From Blastocatellia bacterium (GTDB taxonomy: Bacteria > Acidobacteriota > Blastocatellia > RBC074), in assembly GCA_049317725.1 (NCBI GenBank), contig JBMOHS010000003.1, positions 1 to 58,030 on the forward strand: a stretch of DNA of 58,030 nt, read 5' to 3'. Every line of letters starts with the position of its first letter. Positions within the stretch are counted from its first letter, which is position 1. Shown here in pieces: positions 43,249-54,078 of the stretch. Both the position numbers and the translations under genes were made by a program. The notes under the pieces were generated by a model. It saw only the letters and a list, made by a program, of their open reading frames with translations, made no database searches and was not told where the DNA came from.

Positions 43249-43752
43249 ATGAATGCGACAGCCTCCCGCGGGAGACACGACAACTGGCGCCAACGGCTCT
43301 CTTTGCGGCCGCTGTCGGCGCTGCTTCCCCTCGCCTTCCTGCTCTCTTCCGGGGCAGTGGGTTACGGCCAAGCGGTCAATCCAAAGGAGGAGCGGGCGAT
43401 TCGTCAGGTACTCGACTCGCAGGTCAACGCCTGGAATCAAGGCGACCTGCTGAAGTTCATGGAAGGATATTGGCAGTCGGAGAAGTTGACCTTCTTCTCT
43501 GGTACGCGCCGCTTGCGTGGGTGGGAAGCGACCCTGACCCGGTACCGTCAAACCTACCAGGCAGAGGGAAAGGAGATGGGGCAGCTCACCTTCTCCGACC
43601 TCGAAATCGAGATGCTTGGGCGAGATACCGCTGCCGTCCGGGGATCGTGGCAGCTTCGGTATCGGAACGGCTCCACCTCGGGTGGCATCTACACGCTTCT
43701 CTTTCGGCGCTTTGTCAACGGATGGAAGATCACTCACGACCACACCTCCTGA
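43249..43752 (+). CDS. Exported NTF2-like (DUF4440/SnoaL-type) protein
   Basis: Signal peptide; AWNQGDLLKFMEGYW, GQLTF, GWKITHDHTS. Confidence 0.85.
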   Translation: MNATASRGRHDNWRQRLSLRPLSALLPLAFLLSSGAVGYGQAVNPKEERAIRQVLDSQVNAWNQGDLLKFMEGYWQSEKLTFFSGTRRLRGWEATLTRYRQTYQAEGKEMGQLTFSDLEIEMLGRDTAAVRGSWQLRYRNGSTSGGIYTLLFRRFVNGWKITHDHTS

Positions 43753-44166
43753 GGTCCCAAAGGGAGGAAATGGGAAGGATCGGATCGATCCAGCAGGGCG
43801 GAAGAAGAGCCTTGGTTGACAGCCTTTTGAGGCCTATAGTACGTTGGTATTTGTTTTATTCAGGAATATCTGTGTGGGGTCTCGCGGCAAGTCCGTCATC
43901 AAGATCTACCTCGTTGAATCAAGCGGCTGAAGCATCCGAAGAGCAAGAGGACGCGCCAAGCACTGACAGGATTGATCCTGGCCTGACGTGCCTCCTGCCT
44001 CGTCCCGAGGCCGCGAAGTTTCACCAAGAGATCATCGTGGGGTACAGGGGTTGATCCATTCCCCTCCCCCTGGAGTCCCCCAAACCGTCTGTCGGTGACG
44101 GGGCCCCACGTCAGAAGGCCCATCCTGGAAGGTCAGGGGAAGAGACGAGAGACAAGAGGGAAGACG

Positions 44167-45129
44167 CTGAGAAGTTTGAAGATCACAATTCCGGAGCAGG
44201 GGCTGGAGGTGCTCTTTGGCCCATACGATCAGAACATCAAGTACTTGGAGTCGCTGCTGAGCGTTCGGGTAGGCGGACGCGGGGCGGACTTGATTGTCGA
44301 GGGCGAAGAGGCAGATGTTGCGGTGGTCGAGCGGATCCTGCGGGATTATGGCCAGCTCTTCACCGAAGGCCGCACCCCTTCGACGAGCGAACTGCGAGAG
44401 GCCTTCCGCTTGATCGCCGAGGACAGGGCGTCGTCGCTGCGCGAACTGCTCACCGGGCAGAAACGGATCAATCCCGGAGGCCGCAAGCAGGTGACGGCCA
44501 AGGGGCCCAACCAGAAGCGGTACCTCGAATCGATCGAGCAGCACGATATTGTCTTTGGAATTGGGCCAGCCGGAACCGGCAAGACATTTCTCGCGGTGGC
44601 GATGGCCGTCCAGTTCCTGTTGGCCAAGCGCGTCAACCGCATCGTCCTCGCCAGACCGGCGGTCGAAGCGGGAGAGAAGCTCGGCTTCCTGCCGGGAGAT
44701 CTACAGGAGAAAGTCGATCCCTACCTCCGCCCGCTCTATGACGCCCTCTTCGATCTGATCGACCCCGAGAAGGCGACCCGATTGATTGAGAAGCGGGTGA
44801 TTGAGGTCGCCCCGCTCGCCTTCATGCGAGGCCGCACGCTCGCCGACGCCTTCATCATCCTCGACGAAGGGCAAAATACAACCTCCGAGCAGATGAAGAT
44901 GTTCCTGACCCGGATCGGGTTTGGATCGAAGGCGGTGATCACCGGGGATGTCACGCAGATCGACCTGCCATCGGGTCGCAAATCGGGTCTCATCGAGGCC
45001 CAACGGGTCGTGCAAGGGATCGAGGGAATCACGTTTGTCATGTTCGATGAGCGGGATGTGGTCCGTCACCAGCTCGTCCAGATGATCGTCAAGGCCTACG
45101 ATGAGCACAACAAGAAGATCAACCTCTGA
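44167..45129 (+). CDS. phoH: PhoH family protein (start uncertain: CTG 44167, TTG 44176 or 44095)
   Basis: [47 protein letters not shown]. Confidence 0.95.
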   Translation: MRSLKITIPEQGLEVLFGPYDQNIKYLESLLSVRVGGRGADLIVEGEEADVAVVERILRDYGQLFTEGRTPSTSELREAFRLIAEDRASSLRELLTGQKRINPGGRKQVTAKGPNQKRYLESIEQHDIVFGIGPAGTGKTFLAVAMAVQFLLAKRVNRIVLARPAVEAGEKLGFLPGDLQEKVDPYLRPLYDALFDLIDPEKATRLIEKRVIEVAPLAFMRGRTLADAFIILDEGQNTTSEQMKMFLTRIGFGSKAVITGDVTQIDLPSGRKSGLIEAQRVVQGIEGITFVMFDERDVVRHQLVQMIVKAYDEHNKKINL

Positions 45130-45676
45130 TCGCTCGCCACACCAGTCCCAAAAGGTCGCCGCCCCCCCCATCGAGGTGCTCAACCGCCAACGCCACTGCT
45201 CCATCGACCGGACACGGGCGGCGCGGCTCGCCCGGCGGGTTCTCGACCAGATCGGCCTCGCCGAGGCGTCCCTGCAGATTGTCTTCGTCGGTGATCGCCG
45301 GATGCGACAACTCAACCGTACCTACCGCGGAATCGACCGGCCAACAGATGTCCTCTCTTTTGCTTACCACGAAACAGCGGATCCAGAGGAAGAGAGTGGC
45401 GAAGGTCAAGCCAGCCCTGACCACTTGGCCGATCCAGAAAACTTGGGAGACTTGGTCATTTCAGTCGAGACCGCGCAACGGTATGCCCTGGAAGCAGGCA
45501 TCGACTTTCAGCGTGAGGTCGACCAACTGGTCCTTCACGGAACGCTCCACTTGGCTGGGTATGACCACGAGGTTGACAACGGAGAGATGAATCGACTCGA
45601 GCGGCGTCTGCGGCAGCGGCTGCTTGCGACAGACGGGGTGGCTTCTCCCTCTCTCGACCAGCCCCCCACGAGGTAA
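45101..45676 (+). CDS. ybeY: rRNA maturation RNase YbeY (start uncertain)
   Basis: [35 protein letters not shown]. Confidence 0.93.
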   Translation: MSTTRRSTSDRSPHQSQKVAAPPIEVLNRQRHCSIDRTRAARLARRVLDQIGLAEASLQIVFVGDRRMRQLNRTYRGIDRPTDVLSFAYHETADPEEESGEGQASPDHLADPENLGDLVISVETAQRYALEAGIDFQREVDQLVLHGTLHLAGYDHEVDNGEMNRLERRLRQRLLATDGVASPSLDQPPTR

Positions 45677-45688
45677 TCCGAGGTAACC

Positions 45689-47026
45689 ATGGAAACCGAA
45701 ATAGTATTGACCAGCATCTTCCTTCTGGTGCTGGTCATGACGTCAACCGCCAAGAGCGCACTCGACGAATTGAGTGACGTCTCGCTGCGCCGGCTGGCCA
45801 CCGAGGCCGAGGGAACGCCGCTGGCCCCCTTCTGGTCCTTGTTGCAAGAGCAGTACCATCAGATCAGCTTTACGTTGACCTTCGGGCTGCACTTTGCGAT
45901 TGCGGCGATTGCGATTCTGGTCAGCTCCCTGGCCCAGCGTCGCCTGCCAGACTCCTTCCTCGTCGTCGCCTTTGGTGCGATGATCGGGATCGTCATGATC
46001 TTCCGGCTGATCCTCCCCTTGCTGGTCACCCAGAACAACCCGGAGCGGATGCTCCTGCGGCTGCGGATTCCCTTGCTCTCGCTCTTCTCTGGGCTGGGCA
46101 TCATCTCCAACCCGATCTATCGACTGGTGCGCCGCCTCCAGCGGGACGAGACAGAGCAGACTCCTGTCGCGACCGAAACGAATCAGAGTGAAGACAATGG
46201 GGATCTGCAGGCCCTGCTCGACGTCGGGGAAGAAGAAGGGATCATTGAGGAAGAGGAAGGCGAGATGATCCAATCGATCATCCGGTTCAGCGATCGGACT
46301 GTCGTCGAGGTGATGACCCCCCGCCCGAGAATCGTGGCCGTCGAAGCGACGACGACGGTGGAGAAGGTGCGGGACTTGATGATCGAATCGAAGTACTCGC
46401 GACTGCCTGTCTACCGCGATCAGATCGATCAGATCGAAGGCGTCATCTACGTCCGGGACCTGCTGCGCTACTGGGCAGCGGCCGAGAACGATCGCCCAGT
46501 CATTGAAGTCGCGCGACGCCAGCTCTACGAGGTTCCCGAATCGAAACCGATCGACGACCTCCTGCGGGAGATGCAGAAGGCCAAGGTGCAGATGGCTCTC
46601 GTCATCGATGAGTACGGAGGAATTGCCGGCCTCGTGACCCTCGAGGACCTCATCGAAGAGATCGTTGGAGAGATTGAGGACGAAGACGAACCGGAGCCGA
46701 TTGCCGATGAAGCGGAGATTGTCCGCCTTGACGATGATTCCTACCTTGTGCGGGGGGATGTCGAAGTCGGGAAGCTGGAACGCATCTTTGAAATCGAGCT
46801 GGCTGCCGACGACTTCATCACGGTGGCCGGGCTGGTCCTCAATCAACTGGGCCATCTGCCGACGGTCGGAGAAGAGATCGACCTGCACGGCCTGCACGTC
46901 AAAGTGATGGAAGCGGATCAGCGACGGATTTCACGCGTGTGTGTCCAACGCTTGGCGCTCCCCCTTCCCGAAGAAGAATCCCTGGCGGGCCCTCTCCCGT
47001 CTGAGTCCAGTCCGGAAAGAAAGTAG
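45689..47026 (+). CDS. HlyC/CorC (CNNM-CBS-CorC) family membrane protein
   Basis: N-terminal TM region, [39 protein letters not shown]. Confidence 0.92.
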   Translation: METEIVLTSIFLLVLVMTSTAKSALDELSDVSLRRLATEAEGTPLAPFWSLLQEQYHQISFTLTFGLHFAIAAIAILVSSLAQRRLPDSFLVVAFGAMIGIVMIFRLILPLLVTQNNPERMLLRLRIPLLSLFSGLGIISNPIYRLVRRLQRDETEQTPVATETNQSEDNGDLQALLDVGEEEGIIEEEEGEMIQSIIRFSDRTVVEVMTPRPRIVAVEATTTVEKVRDLMIESKYSRLPVYRDQIDQIEGVIYVRDLLRYWAAAENDRPVIEVARRQLYEVPESKPIDDLLREMQKAKVQMALVIDEYGGIAGLVTLEDLIEEIVGEIEDEDEPEPIADEAEIVRLDDDSYLVRGDVEVGKLERIFEIELAADDFITVAGLVLNQLGHLPTVGEEIDLHGLHVKVMEADQRRISRVCVQRLALPLPEEESLAGPLPSESSPERK

Positions 47027-47036
47027 AAGAGAACCT

Positions 47037-47996
47037 ATGAGCCTCCCCCCCCTGCCCTCCCCCACAGAGACGGCTGAACCGATCGGCGATCGCCAAGACG
47101 AGAAGCCACGTGCCGGGAGGGTCGCCCTCATCGGCCGGCCCAACGCCGGAAAATCGACCCTCCTCAACGCGCTGATCGGCGAACACATCGCGGCCGTCTC
47201 CTCCAAACCCCAGACCACGCGCACCCGCATCCAGGGAATTGTCACCCGACCTGAGGGGCAGATTGTCTTTGTCGACACGCCGGGAATCCACAAACCCGGC
47301 TACACGCTCAACCGACGAATGATGGGGTTGGTGGCAGACGCGCTGGCCCAGGTCGACTTGGTGCTGCTGATACGGGACGCCTCGACCCAATTTGGTTCTG
47401 GCGACCGCTTTACATTGGAGTTGATTCGTCAGGCAGGCAAGCCGACCCTTCTCTTGCTCAACAAGATTGACCTGCTGCGGGACAAATCGCTGCTCCTTCC
47501 ACTGATTGAGCAGTACCGGAGAGAGTACCCGTTTCTTGAGGTCATCCCGTTGTCGGCGCGAACGGGAGATAACCAGGAGCTGCTGGTGACCACGCTCTTC
47601 CGGCACCTGCCCGAGGGTGAGCCGCTCTTCGATCCGGAACTCTTCACCGACGAGATCGAGCGAAACATCGTTGCCGAGCTGGTGCGAGAGCAGATTCTCG
47701 AACGAACCGAGCAGGAGTTGCCGTTCGCGACGGCCGTCCGGACAGAACTCTGGGAACGCCACGGTTCGACGATCGACATCCACTGCATGATCTATGTCGA
47801 GCGGGAGTCGCAGAAACCGATTCTGATCGGGCGGGGAGGACAGATGCTCAAAGAGATCGGGACGCGGGCGCGACGTCGGATCGAACAACTGCTTGATCGC
47901 CACGTTCGGCTCCACCTCTTCGTGCGGGTGCAGGAGGACTGGCGCAATGATCCACGCCTCCTCGACGAACTGGGCATTCAGGAGCAATCGTCATGA
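47037..47996 (+). CDS. era: GTPase Era
   Basis: GRPNAGKST, KPQTTR, DTPG, NKID, KH domain LIGRGG. Confidence 0.97.
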   Translation: MSLPPLPSPTETAEPIGDRQDEKPRAGRVALIGRPNAGKSTLLNALIGEHIAAVSSKPQTTRTRIQGIVTRPEGQIVFVDTPGIHKPGYTLNRRMMGLVADALAQVDLVLLIRDASTQFGSGDRFTLELIRQAGKPTLLLLNKIDLLRDKSLLLPLIEQYRREYPFLEVIPLSARTGDNQELLVTTLFRHLPEGEPLFDPELFTDEIERNIVAELVREQILERTEQELPFATAVRTELWERHGSTIDIHCMIYVERESQKPILIGRGGQMLKEIGTRARRRIEQLLDRHVRLHLFVRVQEDWRNDPRLLDELGIQEQSS

Positions 47997-48889
47997 AGAT
48001 CTGGCACGCCATTGAGGTTGAGATCGACCGTACTGCCGAGATGATCGCCACCGCTCACCTCTGGTCCCATCAAACAACCGGGATCGAAGTCTCGGAAGAT
48101 CCTGCTGCACCAGCACGGGTAACGCTGCGCGCCTATTTCGACGTGGCTCCCTCGCTCGAGCAGTTGCGCGAGGAGCTGCTGCTCAGCCTGCGCCAGCACG
48201 GTCAGGTCGAGACGGCGCTGCGCCGTCTCGAGGCGCAGACGATCGCTGACCAGGACTGGCTGGCTGAGTGGAAAAAGGGGTATGAGCCAGTTGCTGTCGG
48301 AAGGCGATTGCTCATCTGCCCTTCGTGGAAGCGGGATCAGGTGGCCGGAACTGACCGGCTGGTGATCGAGATCGACCCCGGGATGGCGTTTGGAACAGGG
48401 ACCCACGAAACGACCCGCGGGTGCCTCGAAATGATCGAAACATACTGGCAGGGAGGGGCGATGCTCGATGTGGGTACCGGCACGGGCATCCTGGCGATGG
48501 CGGCACTGCGGCTCCATCCCTCCGCCCAAGTGATTGGCTTCGATAACGATCCGGAAGCGATCGAAGTTGCCCGGGAGAATGCCGATCAGAACGGGCTGGG
48601 TGAAGCACTCGATCTGGAAGTCAACCGGCTGGAGGCATACCAGGGAGAGACCTTCGACCTGATCGTCGCCAACCTGACGGCCGATGTCATCGAGCCCCTC
48701 GCGCCGCTCTTCCCTGGCCTGCTGAGACCGGGAGGGCACCTCGTTGTCTCTGGTATTCTGCGGACCCAGGAGGAGTCGGTCGGGGAGGCGCTGCGGCAGG
48801 TGGGATTGATCTGCGACAGCACCCGACCGGATGGAGAGTGGGTGACAATGGCTTGGCGTGGCAAGGAAGATCCGGGAGCACAGCCTTGA
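47993..48889 (+). CDS. prmA: Ribosomal protein L11 methyltransferase
   Basis: IDPGMAFGTGTHETT, LDVGTGTGIL, IVAN, SGIL; ATGA overlap with era. Confidence 0.94.
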   Translation: MKIWHAIEVEIDRTAEMIATAHLWSHQTTGIEVSEDPAAPARVTLRAYFDVAPSLEQLREELLLSLRQHGQVETALRRLEAQTIADQDWLAEWKKGYEPVAVGRRLLICPSWKRDQVAGTDRLVIEIDPGMAFGTGTHETTRGCLEMIETYWQGGAMLDVGTGTGILAMAALRLHPSAQVIGFDNDPEAIEVARENADQNGLGEALDLEVNRLEAYQGETFDLIVANLTADVIEPLAPLFPGLLRPGGHLVVSGILRTQEESVGEALRQVGLICDSTRPDGEWVTMAWRGKEDPGAQP

Positions 48890-49671
48890 GCGGCAAGGGG
48901 CGGCATCGGTTCATCTGGCCAGGAGCCTTCTCCTCTTCTGACCAAGAGATCGAGCTGTCGGCCGAGGAGTCGCACCACCTGACGGACGTCCTGCGCCTGC
49001 GCGAAGGAACGCAGGTGCTGGTCTTTGACGGAGCCGGGCAGGAGTGGCGTGCCGAAGTGGCTGAGGTGAGCCCTCGTCGCACCCGCCTGCGCCTCCTCGC
49101 ACCTTGGACACAACCCGTCGACTCGCCGCTCGACTTGACCCTTGCACTCGCCCTGCTCAAAGGCGAGAAGTTCGACTGGGTGCTCCAGAAAGCGACGGAG
49201 CTTGGCGTCTCGCGAATTGTGCCCTTGATCACCGAACACTGTGAATGGCGGCGCGGCGAAGGGGGGACGGCTGCACGCTCAACACGCTGGCAGCGGATCA
49301 CGCTGGAAGCGGCCAAGCAGTGTCGCCGCCGGACGTTTGTCGAGATTGCTCCTCCCACGCGGCTCGCAGACTTCTGTGCTTCCCGGGCGGGGGAGTCGTG
49401 CGTGACGATGCTCCTCTCGGAGCGGGGAGGACTCTCCTGGAAGGAGCTGTCCGCAGAGCTCGGGCCGGTTGCGTGCCTGAGCGTCGTCATTGGTCCGGAA
49501 GGCGGGTGGAGTGACACGGAGTACCGCCTCACCGAAGAGGCCGGCTTTCACCAGCTCCACTTGGGCCCGCGCATCCTGCGCGCAGAAACGGCGGCGATCT
49601 CCGCGGTCACTCTCGCGCAATTGCTCTTTGGTGACTTGACGGTCCCTCCTCGCTCCTTGGACTCCCCGTGA
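48886..49671 (+). CDS. rsmE: 16S rRNA m3U1498 methyltransferase
   Basis: HHLTDVLRL, QKATELGV, EAAKQCRR, IGPEGG, LGPRILRAETA; TTGA overlap with prmA. Confidence 0.95.
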   Translation: MSGKGRHRFIWPGAFSSSDQEIELSAEESHHLTDVLRLREGTQVLVFDGAGQEWRAEVAEVSPRRTRLRLLAPWTQPVDSPLDLTLALALLKGEKFDWVLQKATELGVSRIVPLITEHCEWRRGEGGTAARSTRWQRITLEAAKQCRRRTFVEIAPPTRLADFCASRAGESCVTMLLSERGGLSWKELSAELGPVACLSVVIGPEGGWSDTEYRLTEEAGFHQLHLGPRILRAETAAISAVTLAQLLFGDLTVPPRSLDSP

Positions 49672-49716
49672 GGGAGTGGGAACCGCCTTCCCAAGCTCTA
49701 TGGTATGATCGGGCGC

Positions 49717-50277
49717 ATGAACAACCAATCATTCGGACACTCGATCGGTCTGGCAACACTTGGAGGAGGCTGTTTCTGGTGCCTCGAAGCTGTCTACCTT
49801 GAATTGGTGGGCGTGACCAATGTCGTCTCTGGGTATGCGGGCGGCCACGTCGAGAACCCGACCTATCAGGAGGTCTGTCTCGAGACAACGGGTCACGCCG
49901 AGGTTGTCCAACTTCAATTCGACCCGGAAATCCTCTCTTTTGAGGAGATCCTCGAGGTCTTCTTCACGATTCATGACCCGACGACCTACCACCGCCAGGG
50001 AGCCGATGTCGGCAGCCAGTACCGCTCGGTCATCTTTTGTCACGACGCTGAACAGGAGCGGATTGCCCGCGAGACGATCCAAGCCCTGAACGCTTCCGGG
50101 AGGTGGTCCTCCCCAATTGTGACTGAAGTCCTCCCGCAGTCGCGCTTCTTCCCGGCGGAGGAGTACCATCAGCGATACTTTGAGCGCCACCCCTTTCAAC
50201 CCTATTGCCTGATGGTCGTGCGCCCCAAAGTGGGCACCTTTCGGAGCAAGTTCCCGGAACGGGTGCGCCAGGACTGA
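49717..50277 (+). CDS. msrA: Peptide-methionine (S)-S-oxide reductase
   Basis: GGGCFWC, GYAGG, HDPT, QYRS, AEEYHQ; start 49717 preferred over 49705. Confidence 0.95.
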   Translation: MNNQSFGHSIGLATLGGGCFWCLEAVYLELVGVTNVVSGYAGGHVENPTYQEVCLETTGHAEVVQLQFDPEILSFEEILEVFFTIHDPTTYHRQGADVGSQYRSVIFCHDAEQERIARETIQALNASGRWSSPIVTEVLPQSRFFPAEEYHQRYFERHPFQPYCLMVVRPKVGTFRSKFPERVRQD

Positions 50278-50294
50278 CCCGTCAACGACCAGGA

Positions 50295-51458
50295 TCACAG
50301 CGTGCGCGCGACAACCTCGGCGAAAACATCTCTCGTCTGCTGCATGGCTCGATCGAGCGTGAACCGACCTGACCGGTGCAAGGCGGCCTCCGAGAGCTGT
50401 TGTGCCAGCCGGCCGTCGCTGAGCAGCGCGAGAATGGCTCGCGCCAAGTCGTCTGGATCATTCGCCTGAAAGTAGAGTGCCGCCTCGCCGGCGATTTCAG
50501 GCAGCGCACTGGTCTTGGCAGCGACAATCGGGAGCCCCAGCGCCATCGCCTCGAGGAGAGGATAGGAGCAGGTCTCGGCCAGCGATGGCATGACAAAGAG
50601 GCGGGCTCGCCGGTAGATCGACTTGAGTTCTTCCCTGGGACAGCCGGGAAGGATCTGGACCCTGCTCTGCAGATCGCAGCGCTCGATCGCCTCGAGGACC
50701 TCCCGAACATAGGCTTTGTCGACCAGCTCCCCGACCAAGAGGAGCTGCACAGTGGGCTCGACTGCCGCCACAGTCGCGAATGCCTCGATCAACCGCACCA
50801 AATTCTTGTAGCGGTGAAAATGGGAGACACAGAGGAGGTACGGTGGACCTGGGACGACGGGATCTTCGTCGCCGGAGCCGATTGGCACCGGCTTCCAGTC
50901 AATTCCGTGAGGGATGACCGTCAACGAGGTCTGGAGATCAGGGAAGGCCGTCCGGATCAATTGCGCCGTATCTTCTGAGAAGACAATTGCGCGGTCTGCC
51001 TGCTGGAGTGATCGATGGAGGGACCTTCGCAACGCGAGCAGGCGAAGCCGCAAGGGAACGAGGGGCTCCTCGCGGATCAGCTCTGCCCGCAAGGGCATCG
51101 AGTTGTGAACTGCCATGACGGTACGCCAGGAACGGTCCGGCTGGGATGGAACCTCTCCACTGTTGGAGAAGAAGAGGTCTGGTCGCCAGCGCTCCAACCA
51201 ACGAGGAAGCGCCCAGCGCCGCCAAAGCGTTCGCCAGATTCCCGGAGGGACTCCGGGGAGGGCGAGAAAGGAGGGGAACCGGACGGCGTGGTATTGGATC
51301 TGGGTCTGTGAAGAGCCACATCGAGTGCTCGGGGGGGCATCGACGTGCAAGATCAACAGCTCTTTCGCCGTTCCCTCCTCCACCAGAGCATCGATCAGCG
51401 ACTCGAGATAGACCCCCCCTCCGCTGACGGCCGCGGTACCATCGATCAGAATTCTCAC
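50295..51458 (-). CDS. Glycosyltransferase family 4
   Basis: YKNLVRLIEAF, FVMPSLAE...PLLEAMALGLP. Confidence 0.9.
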   Translation of the reverse strand: MRILIDGTAAVSGGGVYLESLIDALVEEGTAKELLILHVDAPPSTRCGSSQTQIQYHAVRFPSFLALPGVPPGIWRTLWRRWALPRWLERWRPDLFFSNSGEVPSQPDRSWRTVMAVHNSMPLRAELIREEPLVPLRLRLLALRRSLHRSLQQADRAIVFSEDTAQLIRTAFPDLQTSLTVIPHGIDWKPVPIGSGDEDPVVPGPPYLLCVSHFHRYKNLVRLIEAFATVAAVEPTVQLLLVGELVDKAYVREVLEAIERCDLQSRVQILPGCPREELKSIYRRARLFVMPSLAETCSYPLLEAMALGLPIVAAKTSALPEIAGEAALYFQANDPDDLARAILALLSDGRLAQQLSEAALHRSGRFTLDRAMQQTRDVFAEVVARTL

Positions 51459-51740
51459 CCCATCCCCCCTTTGCTGATGACTGCGGATCGACCGCTGACA
51501 GCCACCGCTGCCGCGTTCGTCCGTGCCATTGTCCAGGATCTACTGAGCTGGGTCTACCCGTGGGCGTCGACTGCCCAAGTCAAAACGGGAGTGGCGCTGG
51601 CTGAGCGAGCTGGTCTCAACCAAAGTGGCTGTCTTCCTCCCAGGAATGGTACTATGCTGTGCGATTCGTGGCCCCTCGGCCCCGGGACGTTCCTGAAGAG
51701 CAGAATGACCGTGCGTACTGCCGCGACTGACCGCGCTGAA

Positions 51741-51770
51741 CCTGTTGATTCCTGTTGATTCCTGTTGATT
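51741..51770. repeat. 10-bp tandem repeat (CCTGTTGATT)x3
   Basis: Three perfect copies ending immediately before ATG 51771. Confidence 0.95.
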
Positions 51771-53231
51771 ATGGATATTGACATCCGACAACTGTTCCTT
51801 CTTCTGATCGCCATCGCCGTTCCGATGATTCTGATCTGGCGTCGCCAGTCTCGACTTCTGGGGGCTTGGGTCTGTTTCACCTTCTTCGTCCAGATCTTCG
51901 ACACCGTCATTCTGACCAACCTGCCAGCGGGCCGTATTGTTGGGCTGCTCTTTCTGCCCAATGCAGTCCGAACCATTCATCAATGGGCGAGGCTACGGCC
52001 CATTCAGGCGTGGCTGTTCAATTATGGGTGGTTGGTTCTGCTGGGATTGATGTTCGGATTTCTCTGGCCGTGGCCCGACACGACCCTGGCTCGGCCATTC
52101 TCCCTGCAAGCCCCCGGCCGCACCTTGATCTACCTGACACGGACCCTGGCGGATCTCTCCCTGGCGGTCTTTCTCGCCAAGGAGCTGGCGCGCACGCCCT
52201 CCCTGCTCTGGATGGGCCGCTGGCTGGTTGCTGGAGCGACCCTCAGCTCCTTAGCAGGAGTGCTCCAGTTCTTCTTCAATGTCGATCTTTACTACACTTT
52301 GACCGGGCTGGGAGAGCAGGTCGTCTTCATGGGCCGATCGAGGGGGTTGGTCGGAGAACCGCGCGCACTGGGACTCGCCTGCGCCTACGGGAGCATGACA
52401 CTCCTGCTCGGAAGAAGAAACATCACTCCCTACTGGACAGTCCTTCTCTTGATCAATCTGACCGGTCTGTTGTTGACCTACTCGGCCAGCTCACTCGTGC
52501 TTTTCCTGGCTGGAATCTTGGTCGTGCTGCTCTTCTTCTCCAACCAGGAGCGGCTCATCGCGCTGGCGGTGCTCGGCTTCATGTTGACGGTGATCTTGAT
52601 CTCATCGATTCTCCTTCCGGAGCAGTTTGCCTTTGCCGTCGACACTTTGCGGTACCGGTTCGATCCCGAGGTCAAGTTGTCCGGGATTCCTCCAGGGACT
52701 TGGGCACAAGAGATCGCCTATCGACTGGACGTCTTCGACGCAAGCGCCCTGCTCTTCCTGATCGACCAGCCGCTCTACGCCCTCCTCGGGACAGGACCGG
52801 GGCTGGTCACTCTCCCCGCATCCGAACACATCCCCCCCGGTCAGTATAGTTCCATCTGGACAGCGGAGGTAGGCATCAACAGCCCGCCCTACCACGGGCT
52901 GCTGCTTGAGATCGCCAACAGTGGGATGTTGGGCCTTGCCTTGTGGATCTGGCAGGTGCGCCTGTGTCTTCTCTCCTTGCGACGATTGAGCGCCTTCCCC
53001 TCTTTGACGGACCGACGAAGGGAGGAATGGGTCTTTGGATATGCCCTCTTTCTGCTGGGAGCCACTTTCTATTTGATCCAGGTGAGCTACTCCCCGGTCT
53101 GGTCCCTGTTTCTGGCGATCGGCTGGGCCGCAGTCAACTTGTTGGAGAAGCTCGAAGCGTCCTCAGTTGCACCAGAATGGGACCTCTCCCAGGCGAGCAG
53201 TGCTCTTGATCAAGAAAGGGGCCTTCGATGA
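51771..53231 (+). CDS. Polytopic Wzy/O-antigen-ligase-like membrane protein
   Basis: About 10-12 hydrophobic helices, RSRGLVGEP, LLGTGPG, HGLLLEIANSGMLG; glycan locus context. Confidence 0.7.
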   Translation: MDIDIRQLFLLLIAIAVPMILIWRRQSRLLGAWVCFTFFVQIFDTVILTNLPAGRIVGLLFLPNAVRTIHQWARLRPIQAWLFNYGWLVLLGLMFGFLWPWPDTTLARPFSLQAPGRTLIYLTRTLADLSLAVFLAKELARTPSLLWMGRWLVAGATLSSLAGVLQFFFNVDLYYTLTGLGEQVVFMGRSRGLVGEPRALGLACAYGSMTLLLGRRNITPYWTVLLLINLTGLLLTYSASSLVLFLAGILVVLLFFSNQERLIALAVLGFMLTVILISSILLPEQFAFAVDTLRYRFDPEVKLSGIPPGTWAQEIAYRLDVFDASALLFLIDQPLYALLGTGPGLVTLPASEHIPPGQYSSIWTAEVGINSPPYHGLLLEIANSGMLGLALWIWQVRLCLLSLRRLSAFPSLTDRRREEWVFGYALFLLGATFYLIQVSYSPVWSLFLAIGWAAVNLLEKLEASSVAPEWDLSQASSALDQERGLR

Positions 53232-54061
53232 GTTCGCCAACGCTCTGTTGTGTGATTCCGACTCTCAACAGCGGCCGGACCCTTGCGTTTACGCTGCTCT
53301 CCCTCCAATCCCAGCAGTTGAAGTCGCTGGAGATGGTGGTGGTGGACAGTGGTTCGACCGATGAGACCTTGGCTATTTGTGCCCGCTACGGAGTAACGCA
53401 TCTCTACATTGCTCCAGGGAACATGTACCGGGCCATCAACGCTGGCTTCGCTACCAGTCGGGCTGACTGGTTCTGCTATCTCAACTCGGACGACCTCACC
53501 TATCCGGGAAGCCTCCCAAGGCTCCTGGCCGAGGGGATGGCGACTGAGGCCGATGTCGTCTATGGAGACTGCGATTATCTCGATGCTGCAGGGCGATTTC
53601 TGCATTCCTTCGCCGCGGCGCAGCCAAATGAGCTGTTCTCCTTGTTCCGTTGTCGGCGAATGGGGTTCGCTCAACCCGCCAGCCTCTTCCGGCGCAGCAT
53701 CTTTCTCGAATTGAAGGGCTTCGACGAATCCTACCGGTACCGGGCCGATGCCGACTTCTTTCTTCGGGCACTGGTGGCCGGCAAGCGGTTTACCCGATGC
53801 CCGTCACCGCCCGTTGCCTGCTTCCGCATTCACCAGGGCCAATTCAGCAACCGGGAGCGGGCGGCTGGGGATGACGAAGCGGCGAGGCTCTTCGGGAAGC
53901 CTGAATGTCGGCCTTCCCTCCGGGACTGGAGGGTTGCCGCCGCTTGGCACGGGCGGAATCTTCCCCATTACGTGTTGCGGGTGCTCCGCGCTTCGCTGTT
54001 GAGCCGAGGGCTGCGGCTCCCGAGATCGATTGAACCACCTTCCGCCCCACCAACCTTTTGA
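53228..54061 (+). CDS. Glycosyltransferase family 2
   Basis: VIPTLN, VVDSGSTD, YLNSDD, QPA, GFDESY..ADADF. Confidence 0.92.
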   Translation: MSSPTLCCVIPTLNSGRTLAFTLLSLQSQQLKSLEMVVVDSGSTDETLAICARYGVTHLYIAPGNMYRAINAGFATSRADWFCYLNSDDLTYPGSLPRLLAEGMATEADVVYGDCDYLDAAGRFLHSFAAAQPNELFSLFRCRRMGFAQPASLFRRSIFLELKGFDESYRYRADADFFLRALVAGKRFTRCPSPPVACFRIHQGQFSNRERAAGDDEAARLFGKPECRPSLRDWRVAAAWHGRNLPHYVLRVLRASLLSRGLRLPRSIEPPSAPPTF

Positions 54062-54078
54062 TCCGTTCCGGGTGGAGA

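Noticed and set aside
43470-44054. 194-aa ORF (or its 94-aa tail from ATG 43770) upstream of phoH
   Set aside because: It overlaps the NTF2-like gene out of frame, crosses a promoter-like AT-rich stretch and has no motif.
51459-54078. Invertible DNA segment explaining the opposite-strand Wzy-GT2 block
   Set aside because: No flanking inverted repeats seen, only 17 bp on the right side, and no recombinase in the window.
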